Source: Psammoneis japonica
Taxonomy: Eukaryota
DNA length: 64,000 nt
Reading direction: 5' to 3'
Assembly: GCA_008632985.1 (NCBI GenBank)
Contig: QPGO01000068.1
Span: 1-64,000, forward strand
Below, piece by piece: positions 47,985 through 60,380 of this stretch. The notes beneath the pieces were generated by a model. The model worked only from the letters and a program-made list of their open reading frames with translations, ran no database searches and was not told the origin of the DNA. Position 1 is the stretch's first letter. Every line of letters begins with the position of its first letter. Both the position numbers and the translations under genes were made by a program.

Positions 47985-49149
47985 ACAACAAAAACACGAA
48001 AAACTTGGTGCTGTCAAATGGAACAGCACACAGCTGTTTCGGCAAAACCTGGAATTTGGACTCTTTTGCATTGTTTTTTCTTTCCTTTTTTTCGCACCAC
48101 CACAGCAACCAAATGCAAATTAGTGGCACCAATGTGTTTTCACAGCCAAGCCTTGATGTTGCAAAAAGCACACACATGACCATCTCCAAACCAGCTTGAT
48201 GACACAGGTGCCAACTTGTTTGGGGGAAATCGGCCAAGAAACGAGCAAGAATGGCCAATCACTGGGCTTTTTCGGGCCATGTCTCACCCTTGTCTCAAGG
48301 CATGCCATTTGGCAATTCAGTTCTTTTGTTCAATTCACCAGCTTGTTTTCCTTCTCCTCACTTCTCAACAGTCCCTCACCTGTTGAACAAGCTGGCCCTG
48401 ACAGAGCCTGGCTCACTTCTTGGCTGGATCTGTGTTCCTCAGCACCTGCAGCTTAGCATGCCATCCTCTGCCAGCTTGACCCTGAGCACAAAGGCGGCAA
48501 TGACTCTTCCAGTGGTGAACAGAAGAAACATGAATGCATCCTTGAGGATGACATTTGCCATGTTTAAACTGTCAACATTGCCCCCTTGTTTGTCGGAAGA
48601 ATGACAAAAAAAATGATGCAAGAGTGTCCTGTGGCTGTCAGCATCATGGCAATGCATTCTCAATGCATGCACAATGCTTGCTGCTTGCAGTGCTGTGGCT
48701 TCAGCGGACAAGGGACAGGCATGCACAGCAGGGAGGCAGGACTTCAACAGCCAAGAATGATGGTTGCACGAGACATGAGCATTGTCAATTTCCAAGCAAC
48801 AACAACTGCCGCCGCGACCGCCGGCATTTTCCCCCACACAATGAGCACTTTTTGCTCTTTTGTTGTCCCTTCTGCCATCATGCAACCTTGACACTGTTGG
48901 TCAGCTGTCTAAGGTCATGGACCATTTGACAGCAACTGCAGCAGGCTTTGATTCAAAAAGTGATTGCGATGTGTTCCAGTGTGCAGAACGGCGACAAAAA
49001 CAAAAGCACCCAAGATGTGCAAACCCAAAATTTCCATTTCCAGCACCAAAGGGGACGGTTTCTCACCCAAGGTGGTCAGTGACATTGGGCCTCAGTTTCC
49101 TTGCCTGCCAAAATCTGTGAGACAATGGATCGGAGCACCCAGCCACCTG

Positions 49150-50043
49150 GCGCACATGTGTGATGAAAACTTCTTTGCAAGTGCTGTGGCCATCATGGAA
49201 CTGACCTTTCCAACCACATTTTTCTGGATCCACATTTGTTGGACAGTCTGTGTGGCTGTTCTCTTTTCTGTCCTGCCTGGAAACCAAGCAAGCTCCTGCT
49301 GTGTTGGCTTTCCGGCCTGTGCAGAATCTGTCTTTTTGACCTTGACAGTCTTTGCATTGACCTTCTTTGTCAATCAAGTCTGTGACAAGTTCTTTCAATG
49401 TTTCCATTGGACCATGACAGCACACTCCAATCTGGCATGACGCATTGCAGCCTTGACTGCCGGAGGTGTGGAACTCAAACCTGCTCGTGACATTGTGTGC
49501 CACGCCAACACTGTGGCACACATGCACTGTTGCACAAACATGGATCGTGGCTTTTGTCTTCACCATTGGAAGTTGCTCCAAGACTGGGAACTGCTGACAG
49601 AAACCAAAACTGAGTTGCTTCAGCAACACACAGTGCATTCGCTGCCCGCAATTTTGTTTTTGCAGGCTGTCAAACTGCTCAACACTCACATGCCCAACCC
49701 AGCCGATGCACTGAAGGAGCCCATTGAAGAATGTTTGTGGAGCAGCCGGTCATTGGCCACATGGCTCTACTTTGCACAGAAGCAGATCCCCTGCACTCAC
49801 CACTCAGCCGCCACCTTTGTCCTTCATGTGTGTTCTTGTTTTGCATGACTTTTGATGGCTTTGGTGAAAACTGGTTGCTCTTTTAGAGCCATTCTTGAGT
49901 GGCAAAACCAATTGATGGAACTTGCTGGTGACAGCAAGTGTGCTCCAGGTCTTGTCTTCTGGTCATTGCTCAGTTTTTTGTGTCCTTGTCTTGACGAGTC
50001 TCTGTGTGGTTGCTTTGGCATTGTCAGAGTGGATGGGAAGTGA
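49150..50043 (+). pseudogene. Bestrophin-like membrane protein pseudogene
   Basis: Three same-frame ORF pieces separated by TGA; LTVFALTFFVNQVCDKF, LLTETK and QIPCTHH resemble bestrophin segments with Tyr replaced by Cys/His. Confidence 0.4.
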
Positions 50044-53000
50044 ATGCTTTCATTGCAATCTGGGATTCCACCTTGAGGCCAGCTGGAAGGTGGCAACCGA
50101 AGTGTTGGCATTGGTTGAAGAGGATCCAAAGCCACTGAGTCTACAGGGAACAAGGTTTCCAAGACAATCTTGGAACAGCTGGTTCTGCAACAAAACTGCA
50201 ACAAAAAGAATCTGGCAAAGACCACTGAATGTTGCTTCTTGTAAAGAAAATTTGTGCCATGTGTCGCAGCAAATGTCTGTTGCATCATTGCTTCCAGCAC
50301 TCTTCCTTCATTTGCAGCAACTCCAGCTTGCCATTGCTCCAAAGGACAACAGCAGCATCAGCACCTCTAGAAATGCTGGAGTGACATGGTTTGGCTGAAA
50401 GCTTCTTCCACACAACAACATCTGTTTGAGGAAGCTGGCCACCAGCATTGCTTTGGGTGCACCCATCTGCACACAGACTGTTGGAAACATTGATGGACCC
50501 ATGCTCAAAACTGAGACAAACCTGATCTACACTGCATGTGAAAATGGGATCAGATCCTCTTGATTTTGTGGACCAACAGAAGTTGCCAGCAATGCCACTG
50601 GGGCATTGACATGATCCTTCTCTGTCCCAAGAGCAGCAGTGTGTCTGTTCTGCATGTGCGCAGCTTTCCTGGTTGGTGTCTTTCATGAACAATGGTTGAA
50701 TCTTTTGGCACTTCAGACTTGGGAGATCTGAGACCACAAAAATGTTTTCATCACTTTGCATTGTTGTCAAATGCACTGCCAACAATGTGATTTGTCTTTG
50801 CCTCCTTGTTGCTTTCTTGCCATCACACACAGGGATTGGTGGAGATGTGGAGAATGGGAGTTTTTGTTTCACATTTGCTTGGGCACCCATTTGCTGGCAG
50901 GTTTCACAAGTCAGGGAAATGTGCACTCAAGCTTTTTCAAAGTTGTGTGGGACTTTGGCAGTGGACAAGAAGTGCTGAGATTGTGCAAGTGATGCTCTTC
51001 ATGAGCCTCAGACTTGACATTTTGTCAGCACTGCTTGCTGGGACTCACAAATTGTGACAAAGATGGCAAAAAAGGTGCACCCAACTCCCCATCTGCTGAA
51101 AGGGAGAAAACAATGCCAGAAAGAACCACACCCTGGGAAGCAGGAGTGCTCTGGGAGTGCAGACCTTGCAAACCTTGTCAGTTGTTTTGAAACTGTTGCC
51201 TCTCTTCTTCTCTGTGCATTTTGCCTTTTCAATGAAAACAATGCAATGTTGTTGTCACAGTTGATTGTTGATTGTGGACAGATTGCAGCAACAACTGGCT
51301 GAGCAGCAATGTCATCAAGGGATGATGATGATCACATGTGCTGAGTGACAAATGGTCAGAGGCAGAGTTTGAGCTGGACAAGAAGGCAAGCAAAATTTGT
51401 TTTCTGCTCAAGATTGTGCACAGCTGTCTGAGGGTGCAGAATGTGTTCCCTGCATGTGGACAGGACAGTTCTGGTTTCATGCCTTGGATTTTTGTGCTCC
51501 CAGATGGCCAATGACCAAGTGAAGAAAAAATTGGTTGTTTCAGCGGGGCTCTGTGAACATTGTGATGTTGTCATCTTTGATTGACCCAGCAGTGAGTGCC
51601 TCATCTTGCATGGCCAAGGTCAGCTCATTTGGCAACAAGAGTCATTTGTGTTGTGCATGTTGTGATCTCTCAACTCATTTCATTTTGCCTTTTGCAAACA
51701 AGTTGAGCAGGGGTTGAAAAGCCTCCCCAGAGGCAGACCTCAACTCCAGTTCTTTCTTTTTGAAGATGAGGAAATCTTGTTTGCACTGTTCTTGAGCACC
51801 CATCTGTGTCCATCCTTTTTCAACAACTCCTCAACTGTTTTCACTGAACTCTTGCAACATCCATCTTTGAAGAACTGCCATGCCCTCACACTGAAGATGA
51901 GGGTGGGTGCCTCCTCTCTTGAGGTTGCATGGGGCAGCCGTGCAAAGGATGATGGACGATGTGGCAGGAGACAGTTGGATGCTCCAAAGACAACAGTTGC
52001 AAGTCTCAGATTGTGCACACAACAGTTTGGTTTTGGCCACCAATGTTGTTCTGATTGCTGTTGCTGAGACACTTGACAGACATTTCTGCCTGCTGATGGA
52101 GTGTGCCACTCTGAAGACAGCTGCCAGCAGCAGGTCATCTGTGAGCCAAACTCATGTGGCTCTCCCTTTCAATCAAAAAGAAAAGCAGTTGCCAATCCAC
52201 CAGGGCTCTGCACCTGGTGCAGAACAAACTGGCAGGTGGTCATTGGCAAATTGGCATCTGAGAGTTTTGCAGCAGAGCCAACAGGCTTGATGATCTGGAT
52301 CTTCCAAGTCTCAACTTTTGTGCAGAGTCAGTGGTGTGGAGCACCAATGTGCTTGGCTCTGAGAGTTGATTTTGGTGACATGTGGGCAAACCTGAGACAT
52401 GCAGCATCATTCTCATGTGCAATGGAGGCAGGCAAGTTGGTCATGGGGACAATGGGAGAAGGTTCCGCCCCAGCATTGGTGGACAGGAAGGCCCTGACAC
52501 AAACAGCAACAACAAGTGTGGGCCTGCTCCAACTGTCTGGGTGTGCGAAGATGTGCACATTGACCTCCTTCAGGATCTCTAAAAAAATGGGGACAATGTT
52601 GTGCAGTGCTTGGAGGACAGCAATGCGCCTGACTTCCATTGCAGAAAGTGCTGCCATGAGAGACTGTGGCTTCATCAGAGTGCACAAAATGTTAAAAATG
52701 TGCAGATTTACATGATGACAATTTGTTGAAATGTTGCAAAACATTGTTGTCATGTGATGACAGGCCAACCTCTGGTCACAAGTTTGGTGTGCCAACATTG
52801 CAATGACTTGTTAAGAGTTGTGCACGCTGTTTTTCACCATGTCCACATCACCATTTCTGCCTCCACCTTGTTGCCATGTGCCAATGCGCGATTGCATTGC
52901 CACACAAACCTTGGTTTGTTAATTTTCGCAAACATTGTTTTAAACGAGAAAAACATTTCATCGGCCAAGTCAATTCCTTGTCACATCTGCAGTGCAATGA

Positions 53001-53049
53001 CCGAGTGCTGTGTCAACTGTGTGCACATTTTCTTGCTACAACTCTCTTA

Positions 53050-54290
53050 AACTAAGCCAACAATCATCCTCGGACTCGTCTTCATTGGACTTGTCTTCAT
53101 CGGATTCGTCTCCTCCGTCGTTCGTTTTTCCTTTTGCGCCTTCCTCCTGCTCATCGTCGTCACTGTTTTCGTCCCTGCTGCTCTCCACCATTGGGCTGTT
53201 CATTGCCTTCACCTTCTCCGCATCACCGGTCGGTGCTGTCTTCTTCTTCTTTTTTGCTTCTCCGGACTTCTCTCACTCGCTTTTCTTGATCTCCGCATGC
53301 CACTTTTCAAACTCCTTGCCCTCCTTGGAGTCTCTGTCTTTCGTCACCTCTTTGTGCAAATCGTTGAACTGAATGATTCCGTCGTCTCCCCAAGACACTC
53401 GTTGTTTCTTTGGCTTCGTGTGCTGAGGGGCAGGCCTTGTTTCTTCGGGCTCCATTTCCTCACCCAATTCTTCCACCGCCTCCTCCTTGTTCCTGCATGC
53501 CCACACCTGCCAACAATTCTCCACAGCCAATGGTCGCCAAAGCTTTGTCACCTGCCGCAAACAACTGTGAGACCTGTGCGTTCCCAGTTTTGATGGCGCA
53601 ACTCCATGCCTGCTTTTGCTTGGTTTGAGGTAGGATGTGATCACAGAACCACTTGCACGCCTGCTTGTTCCTTCGTTTACCGCCGGCGACAGTGTCCAGG
53701 CCAAATGGATCCCATGTCGGCACAAACGGGATGTCATTCTCTTCATTCTTGTCACGGCTTGACTTTTTCCTGTTTTGCTTTTTCCTCCTGACTGCCACCT
53801 TGAGTTTCTTTTCTTTTTCCTTTCCCTCTTCCTCAGTGACAATGCCTGCATGGACAAAGCATCACCGTCATCTTCTTGTGAGATGCGCGCAACTCTTGAA
53901 TCACACACATTGGTCACTTGGCTTGCGGGCCATTGCCTCCGCCCCAATGGCCGAACACACCGTGTTTCTGCGATTGTCAATTTGCTTTTTTACCGCCTTT
54001 TTTGCCCATTCCTTCCAAGTTCCTGACCAATTTGAAGTGTCCATGTTGCCACCAGCAATCTGTTTCTTGACAAACATTGAGACGCTCCCATTGCTTGCCA
54101 ATTCTGATGGACTGAGAAACTTCACCTGTGGAAAGAGATCATTTCTAGCCACCTTCTCCACTTCTGATTTCAATGCACCATGCGCTGCCTGCACACCTGT
54201 TCTCTTCAACACTGCCTGAAGTCTCGGGCTCATTGGCTTGATGGTCTCATTTTTCTTTCTCTTCTTTGCCGGTGGTGCTGGAGACAACAT
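53050..54290 (-). pseudogene. Degenerate hypothetical gene (NLS-like PAKKRKK, acidic C-terminal tail)
   Basis: Protein-like pieces in several frames (NDLFPQVKFL, KQIDNRRNTV, Asp/Glu/Lys tail). Confidence 0.45.
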
Positions 54291-55013
54291 CTTGATCTTC
54301 ACACGGCAACAATGAGAGCAGTGTTGCTGTTCAACAGTGCAGCCGTTGTCTGGGTCATGTTGAGACAGCCAGCCACTCCATTTTTCTCTGTGACATTGCA
54401 CAAATTGTTGTCAGCAACATTGAAATTTGAAAATGTGTTTGTGTGTGACAATGAGTGGTCCAACTTGCTTTTTGACATGGCTGTCATTGCGTTCCAATGG
54501 AGACAATGTCCTTTGTTTTGACAGCAAATAAAAAAGAACAACATTTGCTGTAAATGCCAAATAAAAAATCAAAATGCAGACACGTCACACCCACAAGAAT
54601 CATCCAAATCTGGAAGACAATGTGGTGTTTGCCATTTTCCCGCCATTTTTTGCGTGTTGTTCTTCTTTTCCCTTCTCATCCACAAGACAAGGACGACGAG
54701 TGTGAGTCTTGATGAAGGCCCTGTCAACATTGACCAGAGAACTGTGAGGCAACGGCATCAGCATGCAGACTTGGCTGGTCGCTGGCAGCTTGATCACAAA
54801 TGAAACAACTGGCTTTCAATGCCTGAGAAGACTCAGTGCTCACCCAAGTTGCGGGTTGTCCCTGTTGAAGCAATTGGGGACAATGTTTTGGTTTATGAAC
54901 AATGTCCAGGAGCAGCAGAAGCGCAAGAAAAGGCCCCATTTGTTTGGACCACACAGGACAGAAGGAAGTGTTGGTCAGATTTGTTTCTAAAACAGGACAT
55001 GCGTCTGGATCTG

Positions 55014-58000
55014 TCATTCACTCACAGTGATCACCCAACTCTTTCTTGCAAACATGATGAATTTGATCCTTTCAGAATTGGCAAAGTCATTGCGGTGCAC
55101 GTGAAGCAGTGCGGTGCAAGCACCTTCTGTTGCTTTTGTTCTGATGTCTTCTTCGGAAACTCCAAGACAAGCTTCTTCCTGATTGGAAGGCTTTCCCAAC
55201 CACCATTCTCGTTGTTCTTGGGTCACAAGGTTGCTTGCAAAGAATGTGCTCGCACAGCTCTTTGCAGCATCCTTGTCCATTGTGCATGTGTCGAACACAG
55301 CCAACAATTTCTTCCATTGTTTGACAACCTGGAAGAAGGTTGCAAGAGCAAAGGGAATCACCATGTCCCCCCCTTCTTCGTTTGTGGAGAGCAAGGCCCG
55401 AAGATCAATTAGATTTTGGAAAAATTGAGTCGTCCCAAAATGACTGTCATGCCACTCTCCATCTGGCATCCAGCAGCAGTCCAACATGATTTGGTCGAAC
55501 CCATGATTGTCAAAATCAACAAGTTTCTCAAACTGCTGCTTGACTCTCTCGACAAAATCTCTTGCTCTCACATTGCAATTTAAACGCAGATCAGGATGTC
55601 TGTCTTGGAGAGAAACTGTCAGAACGACATTTGTGATTGTTTTGTTAGATTCCTCAAATGCCATTGCGCGGGCCTCGTCTCGCCTGTGTTGGTCGGACGA
55701 CACTGAGGCCACCCCCTTCTCACAGCACAATTCTTGAGAAGACAGTTGCCTTGCATTGAGCGGACGGGTCATCCCCAACCACAGCACATTGTGTGTTTCC
55801 CCGTCAGTTTCGTCACTTGCGAAACAATCTCCTAAGTTGCCATGGTCCTCTTCACCCTCGGAGCAATGTGCAACTTGGTTGTGCTCATCGTCAACAGGCT
55901 CTTCGCTTTTGTCCTCTTCACACATGTAAGTTGTGGGAAGTTTGCTTGTTTTCTCGTCAATTGACTCCTCCTTGCAATCGTCACTTTTGTTCATTGCGAA
56001 TGACAACAAATCACCGGCGGCCTTCTTCCTGTCAGAACAAGAAATCAATGTGACAATGTTGGCACAATCAGACAAAAAACAAATGTGATTGCCATGAAAA
56101 AGTAACCTCTCTTCACCGTTCCAGTTCAGCTCGAACTTCATCAATCGTCACGAGTGGGACTGGCTCCTGTTCACACCTTCCAAACCGCTTGATCATTGAT
56201 TGCCCATCAGAGAACAAGAGCAACAGATGCTGTTCGCAACAAAAGACATTGCAGATTCCCATCTTTTCACGAGCTGCACTCAGGTCACACATCAAAGACT
56301 CTGGGCCATTCTTTCCACAGTCTTCCAAATCAAAATCACCCTCCATCCGTTCCAAGAGCAAATCGCGCTCCTCCACCGGGACCTTCATTTCCTCCACTTG
56401 CTTTGCCGCTCCCAACTTGGCCACCGGATGGACAAGATTGCAAAGGTCAGGGTGAGGATGGATCCCCACGCCACACAGCATCAACATCTGCACAGAGTTC
56501 ATGCATCTGAACTCTCCACAATCAGCACCTGTGTGATCCCATGTTTGGACCACGGTTTGAAACATGTCCTCGATCGCCTTGTGGTCAAACATTGGCTTGC
56601 CAACATTGTCGTTGATTCAGTCAATGAGAACAACCAGTCCGCCAACAAGCAAATCCATCAAACCGTTGAGTTTCGTCCCGCACTCTGCCACATGAACCTC
56701 CTCGAAATTGAGTCCCGGGCTCTGCATGCGTCGGTTGTTGCGATCCCCCGCAATGCTGCCGAACAGCCTTGCAGCTTCTCTGAAGCAATGAAGGACACGA
56801 TCGCCAGCCACGAAAGGACGCTTCACAGCATCTGTGTTGCACAACAAGTGGCAAAAATGGGAGAATCCGGTTTGATGCCCAGCCACAACGGCGCAACAAA
56901 AGCAATCACATGCACCAACCTCATCGAGGTTGTCGATGATTGCCAAACAACCGCACGATAAATCAAAGTCCTTCACGATGGCAAACGGAAGACATTTCCT
57001 CGGCATGACAACAACGGGATGCTTGGCTGTGTCGGACGGAAGATTTGGCTTGCCAATTTCCTCTTCCACCCACACAGAGTGAGGGTCAAGGAAAAAATCT
57101 TTGATGTTTCTGTGGGTTGGCTTGCCCGACGGAGGACAATGAGGGCCACGGCATCTCATCATTTCTGCAGCACATGACAGATCAAGTTTTGCGAAATGAC
57201 CATGCACATGCGATCGGAACTCGGCATGCCCATGCACTGAACTGACACAGTTTCCAGCATTGCCTTTGGATGCAGTGATGACCTTCAACAACCAAGAGCG
57301 ACCAACAGCATCTCGCAGTGACGAGCAAAGAGCACCAGTCTTGGTGTGCCCATCCATGTCACAATCCTCTTTGTCAATGTGCAGCTCGGTGTCCGAATTG
57401 ATGGATTTTTTGCCAGACAACGAGATGCACTTAACTTGAATTTCCACGCCTTCCCTTCTAATGTGCTTGGCTCCAACCATCTTGTGGAGCTCAGCCGCGA
57501 AAAGACTGTCACGGTGCGGGTCATGGAAGGAATGCATTTCTTTCAATGCAACAAGATTAATTTCATCCTCGCAGAGTTGCGCGGCGTCCAAGATTGAGGC
57601 TGTCATCACCTGCACATCCTTTGGAAGCTTCTCTCACTTGTCCCTGCCAAAGATGGCACCAGGCTTGTGAGCAGGTCCCACTTCAGCTAACTCACCGTCT
57701 GCGACTTTGCAACTCTGGCCACAATGACCAAAACAGATCCGACAGCGCAACTTGCATTCTGGTCCATCCCTTTTTTCGTTCGGCTTGCCATGTTCCAACA
57801 CTGCACGGAGCATCGACGACACACTGAATTGCAATCCAAAAAAGTGTTTCTGATGCATCTTGTCCATGTGTCGCAAATGAGTGACCGCGTCGGAAAAATG
57901 AGAGGTTGACTGGGTCGGGTGAGCAATCGCAACCATCGATTCTTGCGTCGGATCATTGGGAGCTGTGCCGTTTTCAAATCCATGCATGAACTTGCAGAGG

Positions 58001-58278
58001 TGATTCACCAAGTGGAAATCGGAGATGCTGTGGAACAACTGGTGCTTGACACAGTTCCCCTCAAAGGAACCGGAAATGGGGGTTTCCTCAAAGACGACAA
58101 AGTGAGAATGTTGTGACTTCACCTCACCCGGAATCGCAAACGGAGATGGTTCAGGAAACACTTTCACAAGCTCTTCTTTTGTGAAATTGTCTGGCGGAGG
58201 AGGAGGCGACTGATGAGTTGCACCGAGGGTCGGCCACTTTGTTTGGGAATGTTCAAATTGTTCCTTGAGAGTCGGCAC
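55014..58278 (-). pseudogene. Large degenerate gene: possible HxD dioxygenase-like region and C-terminal methyltransferase-like region
   Basis: 58278-56113 is one frame with TGA at 57634 and 56617; the overlapping ORF 56144-55014 follows in another frame; motifs ELHIDKED and VLWLGM...FDQIMLDCCWMP...GGDMVIP. Confidence 0.5.
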
Positions 58279-58400
58279 ATCTTGGAGAATCAGCGATTTG
58301 TTCTGAGAAACATCAGAAGGTTCACCATCTTTGGGGTTTTTGAGATGGGCTTGAGGAGCAAAGGGAGGCGGCTAAAGAGGTGGCAAGAAGAACAGAAGAA

Positions 58401-59551
58401 TCAGAGATGAGAAGAGGAGCACAAACAATCAATCAAACAATGTGGTGGATTTGCGCCATTTGGATTTTTTCGTTTCCGAGCATTTTTCGTAACGGATGGA
58501 ACTGCATTGCCGATTTCTTTCTTCTTGCACTTAGTGGCAAAGTCACGAAGCCTGGCTTTCCACACAGCCTCAAAACGATCCCTTGTGGCCTTGCTTTTGC
58601 CGGAATCGTCAGCAGCAGAAACCACATGATCAATTTTCACACATCTTAAAAGAGTCTCATCGACATGTGTTGCGTGCATTTGTTCTCGCTCGACATTGAG
58701 CATCGCCAGTCGCATGGGCTGTCCCCAAGAATGTTTGTGTTGGCGGAACAACGACTTTACGAATTCAGGGAAGGACACAGGGCATTTGTCTTTGGTTGTC
58801 TCACAGTGACCAAGAGCCAGGAAATTCTCCAAAAAGTTGATGTAAGTTGATGTCTCGTCACATTCGCCGAACAGGGAGCACAGCCAACAATTGCAATCAC
58901 CATTCCTTTCAGGTGCGCACGGTGGAATCTTGTCACGAAGAATCAAAAAACCAATGTGAAGGCATTGCGCGCAGTGCAAAACCTTCCCTTCAAAACTTCT
59001 CAGCTCAATGTGCTTGACAAGTGGCTCTCCCTTTGGGTCGCACAATCCGGGATCATGGAGAAGCTTGCACAACATGGAAATCTTTGCCATCATGTTGGTT
59101 GCAATGTCTGTTGATTTTGCCTTGTCGCCGATGACTTTCACATCCTCTGCTTTGGGAGCACGGCGACACTCCAACGCATGAGGATGTTTGGCGCCTTGAC
59201 TGGAACAACTCCATCCTTTTGCGGAAAGAAAGTGCAGCAAGCTCTTGTGCCCAAGTTCCTTTGCAACAATGCGGTTCACAGCCATCAGTTCTGCAAAAAA
59301 ATGAGGTCTGCTCTTCGACTTTTGCCACACATGGGCAAGCGTGATCCAATTTGGAGAGGGATCACAAGTGGAATCGCGGTGAAACTGAACCTTGGATTTC
59401 ACCGTCTCGATTGTCGCTTTGACACGGCTCCGCTCGTTGCTGTTGATCACTCCAAAACCGTTGGCAAAGAGAGATTCAAGTGCGGCCTCCTCGAGGCAGG
59501 AATCATTGTTGTCTTGCAACAGAGAGGCAACCGACAGGTCACGCGGCGCCA
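58401..59551 (-). pseudogene. Degenerate hypothetical gene (about 380 codons from MAPRDL)
   Basis: Long protein-like ORF, nearly Tyr-free, co-oriented with the neighbouring degenerate genes. Confidence 0.45.
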
Positions 59552-59978
59552 TGGTTGCTGTTCCAACACCAAAAAATCTGGTTTCTGTAGAAATGCACCA
59601 GAGTGGTGTGTGGGAGAAGTTGCATGCGCGCCTGGCGCAATTTGGAGTTTCAAACACAAAAACCTGCCAGATGCGCGCGCAACTTCTCCCAGGGAAATCC
59701 TGCGTGAGATTGTGCCGGGAAAGGGCAATGCAGAGTGTAGAATTGATGGAAGAAAACATTGATTGGAACAGCATCAGGAGAAAGGATGCATGTGCTGGAA
59801 AACAACATGGATTTCTACACACGCATTGAGGCACGTGAAAAACACGTGGGTGCCTTCAAGTGATGCATGCGAACAATCACAAAGAAACATCCGGAAATGG
59901 AGATGGCACAGAGAGAAGTCAGAAACATGGATCCAAAACAAAGTGACACAACAGAAAAAACAACAACAACAACAAGAG

Positions 59979-60380
59979 ATGAAGGCGACGGCGACGGGAT
60001 CGATGAAGAAGAAGGATTCAGATGGAAAGACGCCGGAGACGGTGAAAACAGGCGGTGCCAAGACGAGGAAGGAAGAGAAAAACAGGACGGGCAAAATGAA
60101 GAAAGACAAAAAGAAGCCGACAACACGACGTCAAGAGGGGAGCAGCGATGCGATTCAGCGTTTCGAGGGACCTCTTCCTCTCGATGATGTTCACCCAAAT
60201 GCAAGAAATGCAGTGTGGCTTTTTTGGAACGGTGACGAGGAAACATCCAACGCGGCAGCGGCACATTTGAAATTCTTGCAAGAGAGCAGACAAGACATGT
60301 GGAATGAAGAGGACGATGCGGACGACTGGGCAAATTGGAGCACAGTTGTTGACCAAACAATTGGTGCACACTTCACATGA
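59979..60380 (+). pseudogene. Small degenerate hypothetical gene, divergent from the minus-strand cluster
   Basis: Lys-rich then Trp/acidic segment (AVWLFWNGDEE...DDWANW); no TpA seen. Confidence 0.3.

Noticed and set aside
47100..58278. In-frame TGA as selenocysteine or an alternative genetic code
   Set aside because: Intact genes in the window terminate at TGA (15104, 36307), and the in-frame TGAs fit CGA->TGA decay
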